From the NCBI GenBank assembly GCA_964252035.1, contig OZ176202.1: a DNA stretch of 64,000 nt; one strand, written 5' to 3'. The notes beneath the pieces were generated by a model. The model made no database searches, was not told the origin of the DNA, and saw only the letters and a program-made list of their open reading frames with translations. This document shows positions 47,201-55,800 of the stretch, one piece after another. Both the position numbers and the translations under genes were made by a program. Origin of the DNA: Podarcis erhardii (lineage: Eukaryota). Within the stretch, counting starts at the first letter, position 1. Every line of letters starts with the position of its first letter.

Positions 47201-50200
47201 CGCTGTACGCCTTTCCGCTGCTCCCCGACCTGCCCTTTGGGGCTGGTGGTGGGCTTCCCCCCGTCAGCCCCAAAGAGCAGGTCGAAAGGAACCTGAAGCC
47301 TGGAGAGCGAGAGGGGTCGGTGCGCACCGACCCCTCTCGCTCTCCAGGCTTTTGAGGTAGCCGCCTGAAGGCGACTGAACGCACCTTAAACGGCACCTTG
47401 TTTTAGAGGGGGAAAACAAGAGGGGGGAAATTCTCCCCCTCTCTGCGCAGCAGCTCCTGCCACTTCGCTGAAGGGGCACTGGGCAGAGAGGGGGAGAATT
47501 TTTTTTCCTTGTTCTCCGCCCTCTAAAACAAGGTGCATCCTATAGTCCGGTGTGTCCTATAGTGCGAAAAATACAGTAATTTGCATTGTTCTTATCACCA
47601 CGACAGAGTTAAAATCACTTTAACAGTACCCTGTTAGCAGAGACACTGAGCAATGTGCCCAGCAATAAAATACTGGCCAAAGTTTATTGAACAAATCAAA
47701 CTCCAGCACAGGGCTGTCTTAAGCATATGCGGCGCAGGGGTGCAAAGATCCGCCCGGCGCCCCTCCCAAAGTTGCCCAGTTGTCAACCTTTTTTAGGGGG
47801 GGAACCCCAAAGTTGCTGACCTTTTTAAGGAAAGGTTCCCCAGAGTTGTCAGGCACCTGGTTGGCGAAAAGAGGCGAAGCTGCTCACTCTCTTTCTCTCT
47901 CTCAGGGAGCTGCCGCCAGCACACTGCGAGTCCCAAAGTCGGACCGAAGTGGAGAAATGCACAGGAAAGGCAAGCGGCGGCAACCCTTTGGCCCACCTGT
48001 TCCTTCCACCACCCAGGGCAGCATGAGGAGGGGCTGCTTGCCTGCTGCTGCTGCTGCTTCCAGCGTCGGAGGAGCGAAGGGACACCGCTAAAGCCGAGGC
48101 GGGAAAGGCATGCTGAGGAGAATGCTGCTTGCCGCCTTTTCTGTCGCTGCTGTTGCCGTCGTCTCTTGTCCTCCTCCTCCTCCTCGCTGGGTGCGTGTCT
48201 GTCTGCTTGCCCACCCACCTACCTGCTTGCTTGCTCTCTGGCTCCCGGAAGAGCCCACTGCAGTGCTCCGACCAACAGACAGGCTCTTCCCGGACTCAAC
48301 TCTCGAGCTCTGGACTCTCAGCCTGGCGCCCCTGAGAGCCTGGCACCCGGGTGCCCTGCACCCCTAGCGCCTATGGGTAAGACAGCCCTGCCCAGCTGAA
48401 AGAAAGAAGTTTTGCCTTTCGACAGGCCTTGTTGACAGCAGTCTTAGATTCAATGAAACAGCCACAAGAAAATTCACTCACAGCTAGACAGCTTACCAAA
48501 GCAGCTACTACCTCAGTAAAGATCATGCCACCCGCCCTGGTCACAACTTACCCCCTCTTGTCTAGATGACTTACAGACAACATAATTAACCCTTAAATTA
48601 CACACTGAATTATCTCTGCTGTTATACTTCCATATTCTACATACTAACAGCAAATTAATACTGGATCTTCTGTAGCCAAAATGACCACCCAAACATTAAG
48701 AGGTGGCTATATTTTGGCCCAGGGAAATCCCAAGATTTGCAGATGCACAAAAAATATTTTCAAAAACTCTAAGGAGAGACATAAGGAAATAACCAGCCCA
48801 AGGAAAACTGAATAAGCTCTGTCAACATGGAATATTGGGTGAGTGTTGGGGGCAAAAGCACAGGACACTGATGGGGGAGTGAAGAGGAATGGAATGGAAT
48901 AACTGAGAGAACCCTGATCAGCAGCACTCTATGTGGCAACATTTTCTTGTGGGTCCAATTTGGGTTTTCCTTATTCTAGTGTTGATATAGCTTTAACACT
49001 TTCACACTGAACAATGAAACTTCCCGGTTGCTTCTACTTCTAGAAGTGGCTCTAGAAGTAAAAGCAACTAGGAAGTTTCATTGTTCAGTGTGAAAGTGTT
49101 TTACAACTTCTGTCATTCACGCAATTATCTTTCCTAAATATACCCTTTTTCATGTACATGTCTGTGTATATAACCCTATTCTAAATAGAAACCTGCTGTT
49201 GGGGATCTGAAGAAGAAATTTCACCCCTAAAAATGGATTAGGAAAACAGGATGTTTGGGCAGTGAAAGCAAATTATAATATAGATCTTCACACAGTTTCT
49301 GTACCTGCAGGAACATGTGAGTTTAAAATAGCAGCTAAATTGTCATGAGGTAACAAGAAATTTACTAAAAGGGTGTTTCATCATTTTGTTTTTCAACTGG
49401 GGTTCATTTTTAGAAAAGAAGCTGTTTCAGTTCCACATCTACTCTCACGGGTTACTCAGAATCCACTGAAGACAAAACTGTCAGAAAAATTCAAAGAAGT
49501 AGATGTAAAAACTAATGATTTCAATCAAACAAAAGGTTTTCAAAACTGAGCTATGTACTTTTTATCCATCTCAATCCTGCTCTTATTTATAAAAAGACTG
49601 TATGAAATTAAACGGAGACATGTTTTCAATACCTCTCTTTAATTCCTAATATTTTAAATCCATACCAAGGGAGGTATTAAAAATATGTCAATAAGAGAGC
49701 TAAATATGTCTGTCCTATATGTGAGATTCCCAACATGTCCTATACATTTCCCACAACGTCTTACAATCAGGTTGTGGGGTTTTATATTACCCATGGGACA
49801 AGTACCAAGAAAGATAACCAAGGTTAATTATGAGAGACTGGCCTTCAGAGAAGCCTTACCTGTTCCCATCACTCAAACTTGGAGAGCGTTTGTCTGGAGA
49901 GTGAGAGCGCTTGCCCGGAGAGTGAGAGCGCTTGCCCGGAGAGTGAGAGCGCTTGCCCGGAGAGTGAGAGCGCTTGCCCGGAGAGTGAGAGCGCTTGCCC
50001 GGAGAGTGAGAGCGCTTGCCCGGAGAGTGAGAGCGCTTGCCCGGAGAGTGAGAGCGCTTGCCTGGAGAGCGTCTCTACAATTAAAATAACAAGACATCAG
50101 AATTCTTACGGCCAAGTAAGTTACTATGGGGCAGGGGGTTCATGATGCTATTTAAGAAATAAGCCAATATTAATGCAGTATGCAAATTTTACTACAATTG

Positions 50201-52496
50201 ATGTGGATTTGAAAAACACTACATGCATCTAATGTTTATGTGCAGTGAAGACATCTGATAATATGTACACCAACAATGTAATGAGACAATGCAGCTAAAT
50301 TGACAATTGTACCATTTAGAAGAATAAGAAGCCTCCCAATTTATTGTCAGTGACACAAACCACCAAAAAACCACTGTCCACCCCCATTTTTCACAGAAAA
50401 GCGGTCAATTCTAGGAATGGGTTGTTTCTTAAAATTAATTAGTAATGGAACAGGGGGATAGCCCATCAGTCGTATAGGGCACTTCCAAGTTCTAATAGAC
50501 ATTTTTAGATAGGTGAACTTATCTCTTGGAAGCATTTATCTCCTCACTCTGCTTCCTCCTGCTATCTAGATAATCAAATATCAGTTTATTAAGCCAAGAT
50601 ATGTGCAGAGTCACAAATCCACATGCAGCTTGCTCAGCTCCCTGTTCCCAAAGCCAGGCATCAAAACTAACAGCAGTGTACTGTTACATCCAAACACTGG
50701 CTTCCAAACAAGACAGGAACTGGAAGCAAATTTTATTTCAATGGCTTCATTTTCTAGCCTCCTTGGGAGCCATTGACTAGCTTTCCAATTATTTGTTAAC
50801 AGAATAACTATGGTTAACTGGTTTCCTGGCATATTTCCCACTTGAACAAAGGGGGCAGGGGACCAAAGAGATTGCATGCGGGTTCAGTAAATTGATGCAT
50901 ATCTCAGCTCATTAATCATCCAAATGCAGCCTCTTTTCTTCTTCATCTCTCCCCCAGCCTTTAAGATCTTTAAGTATTTGGTTATTGACAAATATGAAAA
51001 GTGAAGCACAATCACTTCCAAAGGCTAATCTTCTCTGAAATTCACAGTTTGATCCTAACCATGACTATCCATTAGCTGTGTTGATTTTGGTTGAAATAAT
51101 TTTCAAGTAATCCAACCAGGTTTTAGGCGCCCAATATGCCTTAGCAGCCATCCTACTTTTCAAATTCATTCAACGATCCACGAACCTTTGGTAAAAATAA
51201 ACCTAAGCTCCTCCCCACCACAAGCCAAGTCTACAGGTATTGCCTTAACCTGTTAAGCGTATTTTGTGTGCGGGCAAAAATCACCGGCCACTTTCCTTCA
51301 TGTAGAAATGAAGGAAAGAAAGGAGCGTGCAGCTCAACCTGAGACGGGCCTACTCAGAAGTCTTACTAAATCCAAGGTGATTTCCTCTCAGATGTAGGAT
51401 ACACAGGGCTGTTGCACATTTAATGTTTCTCTACTTTGAGGCAAAGCTTCCCCTCCAGCTGTCATTAAGCCTTTCGACCTCCTTCGCATCACCACAGAGC
51501 CAAGGATGGGATCGCAGGTAAGATTGCTTAGGGATGCTCAAGGCTGCTGGGCGCATGCCCAGAAATGTGGGCCATGATATTATATATAACTAAGTTGGGG
51601 GCAGGAAAACGGCTGGCTATTCCAGTAAGTGGCAGTTAGGTGCAAGAGATGGGGGATGCTCCTTGGGGAAGGTACAGTGGTACCTCGGGTTAAGTACTTA
51701 ATTCGTTCCGGAGGTCCGTACTTAACCTGAAACTGTACTTAACCTGAAGCACCACTTTAGGTTGGGGCCTCCTGGTGCCGCTGCACCACCACAGCACGAT
51801 TTCTGTTCTCATCCTGAAGCAAAGTTCTTAACCTGAAGCACTATTTCTGGGTTAGCGGAGTCTGTAACCTGAAGTGTATGTAACCTGAAGCGTATGTAAC
51901 CCGAGGTACCACTGTACTGAGGCAAGCGGGCGGGCGTTACCCCTGGACGCTGGGGAGGCGGAAGAAGAAGAGTTTGGATTTGATATCCCGCTTTATCATT
52001 ACCCTAAGGTGTCTCAAAGCGGCTAACATTCTCCTTCCCCTTCCTCCCCCACAACAAACACTCTGTGAGGTGAGTGGGGCTGAGAGACTTCAGAAAAGTG
52101 TGACTGGCCCAAGGTCACCCAGCAGCTGCATGTGGAAGTGCGGAGACCCGAACCAGGTTCCCCAGATTAGGAGTCTACCGCTCTTAACCACTACACCACA
52201 CTGGCTCTCGGAGGCGGCTTAAATTCGCTCAGGCCGGGCCAATTCCCCAACCCGTAACCCCCTCAGCCTCCGCCGCCACGGGCAGAGCGTACCCGACTAC
52301 TGCGGCGCGAAGGCGGCGACCGGCGCGAAGAGCGTCCGCTGGAGGGCGAGCGGTGCCGGCGGCGGCTCCGCGGAGACCGGGAGCGCGAGCGCGAGCGGTG
52401 CGAGCTGCGGCCTCGAGCCGAACTGGAGCTGGATCCGCTGGCTTTGGACCGGCTGGAAGACGGCTTGCTCGAACGGCTGCTGCTGGCGCGGTGCAT
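38001..52496 (-). CDS. ZNF318: ZNF318-like paralogue (copy b), six exons, 909 aa as written, no zinc-finger exons
   Basis: Exons 52496-52293, 50074-49860, 45210-44658, 41282-39873, 38634-38535 and 38248-38001(TGA). All are GT-AG, phases 0/2/0/0/1, total 2730 nt. ZNF318 motifs: RDDLAD, DEDYR, MPKKSILKK, FLLPHERASQDGNGFSHILSM, EEKFLYGD, IYDLLKTIGLDIGVAEIGKLAARTQERLHGKK, EEREKLK..EARQKK, KDPLLVEV, KKQSELDKVALILGINIF. Confidence 0.85.
38535..38634 (-). CDS. ZNF318: ZNF318b exon 5
   Basis: 100 nt, TAG|GTATTG...GAAG|GTAC; VLEEREKLKAEQEARQKKLHYLTVELNRLTKQE(G), compared with recalled human VIEEREKLKNDREARQKKMYYLRTELERLHKQQG. Not in the ORF track. Confidence 0.9.
38870..39145 (-). repeat. Interspersed repeat, inverted copy of 34630-34990
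   Basis: See 34630-34990; accounts for the spurious ORF 38898-39146. Confidence 0.7.
39490..39715. mobile_element. Tc1/mariner-type MITE
   Basis: TA-CAGTGGTACCT ... AGGTACCACTG-TA; same family as 51675 and 59511. Confidence 0.85.
39873..41282 (-). CDS. ZNF318: ZNF318b exon 4 (1410 nt)
   Basis: TTTAG|CCT GAA GTC...AAA CGA AAG|GTGAGA; open for 470 codons and contains HERASQDG and LLKTIGLDIGVAEI. Confidence 0.93.
41521..42610 (-). mobile_element. CR1 LINE 3' fragment, interrupted by a MITE
   Basis: CTGCTGGATCCAGCCAGTGGCCCACCTAG..CCTGTTCTCATAGTGGCCAAC resembles the reverse complement of a CR1 3' end. The sequence GGAGAAG-TA-CTTCCTTTTGTCTGTCTTGAATCT is split at the TA by the MITE. Confidence 0.6.
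41860..42461. mobile_element. Tc1/mariner-type MITE with GC-rich internal tandem repeats
   Basis: TA-CCGTATTTTTCGCCCCATAGGACGCAC ... GTGCGTCCTATAGGGCGAAAAATACGG-TA. Confidence 0.88.
44658..45210 (-). CDS. ZNF318: ZNF318b exon 3 (553 nt)
   Basis: TTATTAG|G GAT GAC TTG...GTG CAG|GTTTGG; (R)DDLADGPIF..DEDYRFRDDFLHQSDYS..YRPNEITAMPKKSILKK..PSVQ. Confidence 0.92.
45585..45665. mobile_element. Short Penelope-like retroelement terminus
   Basis: CTGAAGAAGTGTGCATGCACACGAAAGCTCATACC..TTAGTTGGTCTTTAAGGTGCTACTGG resembles squamate Penelope ends (from recall). Confidence 0.4.
46839..47576. mobile_element. Tc1/mariner-type MITE with ~110-bp internal repeats and a perfect palindrome
   Basis: TA-CCGTATTTTTCGC ... 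GCGAAAAATACAG-TA; opposite orientation to the copy at 41860. Confidence 0.85.
47709..48390. mobile_element. hAT-type non-autonomous DNA transposon
   Basis: 13-bp TIRs CAGGGCTGTCTTA / TAAGACAGCCCTG; no exact 8-bp TSD. Confidence 0.7.
48995..49100. repeat. Long inverted repeat (50-bp arms, 6-nt loop)
   Basis: AACACTTTCACACTGAACAATGAAACTTCCCGGTTGCTTCTACTTCTAGA-agtggc-TCTAGAAGTAAAAGCAACTAGGAAGTTTCATTGTTCAGTGTGAAAGTGTT, 3 mismatches. Confidence 0.9.
49860..50074 (-). CDS. ZNF318: ZNF318b exon 2, built from a 21-bp coding minisatellite
   Basis: TTTTAATTGTAG|AGA CGC TCT CCA GGC ... GGG AAC AG|GTAAGG, 215 nt, phase 0 in and phase 2 out as exons 1 and 3 require; RRSPG-(KRSHSPG)7-KRSHSPD-KRSPSLSDGN(R). 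Confidence 0.85.
49896..50063. repeat. 21-bp minisatellite, 8 units (GGAGAGTGAGAGCGCTTGCCC)
   Basis: Seven identical units plus one ending CCT; counted from the sequence and consistent with the ESESACP repeats in the ORF track. Confidence 0.95.
51675..51914. mobile_element. Tc1/mariner-type MITE
   Basis: TA-CAGTGGTACCTCGGGTTA ... TAACCCGAGGTACCACTG-TA. Confidence 0.88.
51960..52209 (-). mobile_element. Squam3-type tRNA-derived SINE
   Basis: Minus strand reads GAGAGCCAGTGTGGTGTAGTGGTTAAGAGCGGTAGACTC (A/B-box head) ... GATATCAAATCCAAACTC(TTC)n tail, with a GGAGGCGG TSD. Confidence 0.8.
52293..52496 (-). CDS. ZNF318: ZNF318b coding exon 1
   Basis: MHRASSSRSSKPSS...RSPSSGRSSRRSPPSRRSSR (68 codons). 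Shares CCGACTACTGCGGCGCG and CTTTGGACCGGCTGGA with 1654-1863 and has the same CGG|GTACG donor. Confidence 0.85.
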
Positions 52497-52499
52497 CAC

Positions 52500-52820
52500 G
52501 ACAACAGCAGCGCCTCCGCCGCCGCCAAGGCCGCTCTCGCTAGCTCCCTGCCCAGCCCCCAGCCCGCTCTGCGCACGCATCAACTGCCCCCGCTCCTCGC
52601 GCGCGCACGTAGCACCGGACGCAAACGCAGCTCGCGCGGGGCTGGGTGGGCGGGCCGGGAAGACGCTTCCTTCCGACGTCCTTACAAAATGGCGGCGGCG
52701 GAACTCGAGTCACGTGGCCTTTGAGCCTGCCCGGGGATGTAAGGCATCCTCCCAGACGCTAGAGGCCGCTGGGGGGGAGCAAAAATATATCAGGGGGCTC
52801 CGTCCGGCCTGGTAACTCAG
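52500..52820. promoter_or_regulatory. CpG-island promoter of ZNF318b
   Basis: CCGGACGCAAACGCA 52615-52629, YY1-type CAAAATGGCGG 52685-52695 and E-box GAGTCACGTG 52707-52716, the same motifs in the same order as at 2018-2105. Confidence 0.75.
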
Positions 52821-55800
52821 AATTCATAGAGAGAGAAAACGTGTAGAGTTTTCGAGTTTCCCGTTCTCCTTTTGATGTGTTCTGTATTCAGCAGTGGTCT
52901 GCGAGAATTTCAGCTGATTCAGAACACGGGCTTCCTCTGGATCTCGTGTCATTTGATCACTGATCTGTATATAGGCGGATTTCTGAGGAAAGGCCCAAGA
53001 AAGCAGGGGGCTTGCAATGTTTAGTTGGCTGACCAAAAAAGGCTTTCCCCCAATTAATCAGTCCTCAGATGTAAGATAATAAAAATCGTAATGAAAACTA
53101 AATTGATGTAAATAATCAAACGGAAAGTATCATTTTAAAATGACAATAAGGGGGGGTGTGACTCTTCTAATCCGATTATAGGAAGGTGCCTTATTGCGGC
53201 TCAGAATATTTGTCCATTTAGTTTACCGTTGTCTACTCTGACAGGCAGCACCTCCCAGGGTCTTGGACAGAGATATTTCACGTTGCCTGCTAGATTTCTG
53301 CTTGAGATCCTAGAAAGATGCCCCACCAGCTCTGACTCATTGTCATTGTACATTGATTAAAACCAAAGGAGATAGCTTTTTGTTCCTCTTGTTCTTATTC
53401 ATATGCTGATTTAAGATTTGACTGATTAAAATTCATATTATTAACCAACTGCTGTTTTAAACCTTTTCATTGTGCTGTTCTAATGGTCTTATTTTTATTA
53501 CATATTTTAATTGTGAATGTTTATCTTAGTGCCTTAATTAACTTGTTTTATTATATATTTTAATTATGTATCATTGGTTTTATACTTATAAACCAGTAAG
53601 AGGCCATCTTGGAAATGAAGTAGTATATAACTTAATAATAATATTTATATAATCAGATTCATAAAATAGTATTCACCAAACAATGTTGGAAGCCTAATTC
53701 CTTAATGTGTTTGTGTTTATTTCAGACATGATTTCCAAGCTGAATCGGAGTCTTTGATTTTGTATCTGGCAGAAATTTTGTAGTTGCAATTTTTGTAAAC
53801 CTGCTCTTGTTCTAAACTGTCAGGATGATGTCAATCATGCTCGCTTTCAAAACTGAATATGCATATCTGTTTTGTTCGCTGTGCATTTGACTAGGTGCTC
53901 CTTACATAATTACACACTCTGAGATTATTCAATTCATTGTCCCAAACTTTCATCAAGGTGTCATCGGTCCGGTTCATAATGTGAAAAGATTGTTTGAGTT
54001 GTGCATACTTTTGTGAGCTTCTCTGAGAGCAAGAGTAAACAAGAGAGGTAGGTACTAAATAAGAAATATAGTACACATTAGAAAGTTGCTAAGGGGCAGA
54101 AACTAATATGGAGCAGGGTCCATAGCTTGGTGGTAAGCACATGCTAGCAACCACTACTGCTCAAAGTAGATTAGCCTTTTCCAACCTGTCCTCCAGAGGT
54201 TTTGAACCTTAATTCCCATCAACCATAGTCAGCATGCACTGGCTGGGGCTGATGCAATTGTAGTCCGAAACCTCTTGAAGTCATTAGCTGGGGAAGTCTG
54301 GAGTAGACATTACTGGGTTCCATGGACAAATGCTGGACTAGATGGTTCAGCAGCTTCCTATGTTCCTGTACAGTTTTAAACCCTATTTAACTGAATTTTG
54401 TCTGCAAGTAGTGCAGAAGCTCCTACTGTATAGAGAAGTAGGATGAGATAAGTGCAGTTTAATTGTTGCAATTGTTGGCTCAGGAGTTACCCACCTTGAG
54501 CCGTTCTGATACGGATAAACAGAAAGGAATTTAAAACATTATGGTACTCTTTTGGTTTGAGTCTACCATTGCCATATTAAACTTGAAATACGTTGAACGG
54601 TTGAACCTATTCTCTGGACCATCTGTCCAGAAGGAATGCAAAGTGCAATTGAGGACATGAATTACAGTACCCGCTTATGCAGGGTGGTACCCCTGATCTA
54701 TTAACTTAAGCTGCAGTGCTGTGCAGTTTGATAGATGGGATTCAAGCTGACTGGCTGTACACAGGAATGCACCCTTAAAGAGTACATTTTCCTGGAATAA
54801 CTAACTTTATAGAAGCCAAATATTAATATGAATTAACATAACTATGAAGACATTTAGACCTATACAAAGTCAGAACAAAACACATCAGAAGCAGGGCTTG
54901 CAGTGACATGCAAGTACAAGATTTATGCCTCTGACAAAAGGATAGCTACTCCAGTGAAATGATGCTTGGAAGTAGTAATGCAGGAAGTTGGCTGACAACT
55001 CTTCTGCTGCATTCAAGCACACCTTGGCAATATGTTCAAGTGCTTTTTTGGCAGATTCTCCCTCTGTTGATTCTTTGTAACTCGTTGGAAGGAAATGGAA
55101 CCCAAGCATGAAAGTACGGAACCCAAGTATGAAAGACACCAATATTATAAACAGTGTAGTAGAGAAGTTTGAAATGGCCCTAGTTCAGTGGTAGAGCACA
55201 TGTGTTGCATGCAAAAGGTTTCAGATTCAATTTGTGCTTTTTCACATGCAGAAAGAAAGAACTAAAAGTGCACCACTCAACTAGCTGAGCACCAATGCAG
55301 CTTGCATGTACAAAGTTTCAACACATATGCAACATATTCTTAAGGGATAAAGCATGGATATATTGTGGAAAACAACAAGTTAATTTTACATATGCGAAAC
55401 ACTGGGAGAATTCACACTTGCGATAGGAAACATCATAGATAAGAAATACTTGGCCTTTCAGATGTTGTTGGACTCCAGCTCCCATTAGCACTAGCCAGCT
55501 TGGTTAATGGTCAGGAATAATGGGAACTGTAGTCCAACAACATTGGAGGGTCACACATTCCCTGTACTGGTTTTACATTGTTGTGTGTCTGTGTGTATGC
55601 ACGCACACTTGTGATGTCCACTCTGGATCCTATCTTCACTGCAATCTGCAGTGTAAATAGGCAGAGAGGCAGGAATCAGTAGGGGATGGAATTGTGTACA
55701 AACTGAAACCAATGAAGGTGCACTAGATCCGCTTGCAAAATCACCATCAGGAAGTACCCTTCAATGGAATGTTGGAAGTAATGTTTGGAATTCCACAATG

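Noticed and set aside
49896-50063. CRISPR-like array
   Set aside because: Head-to-tail repeats with no spacers, in a eukaryotic gene.
49685-50145. Standalone repeat proteins (RVRALAR)n, (ESESACP)n, (ASALTLR)n from the ORF track
   Set aside because: These are alternative frames of the minisatellite. Only the minus-strand KRSHSPG frame has splice sites and phases that fit ZNF318b.
53712-53725. 14-mer TGTGTTTATTTCAG identical to the acceptor of the last ABCC10 exon, a possible ABCC10 remnant
   Set aside because: The downstream sequence shows no similarity to the exon and the motif is low complexity; probably chance.
54885-55142. Coding-looking minus ORF (KESTEGESAKKALEHIAKVC...)
   Set aside because: No recognisable homology and no convincing splice-site pair.
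55180-55240. tRNA-like sequence (also near 54120 and the head of the 51960-52209 SINE)
   Set aside because: Degenerate tRNA-derived SINE heads; no complete cloverleaf.
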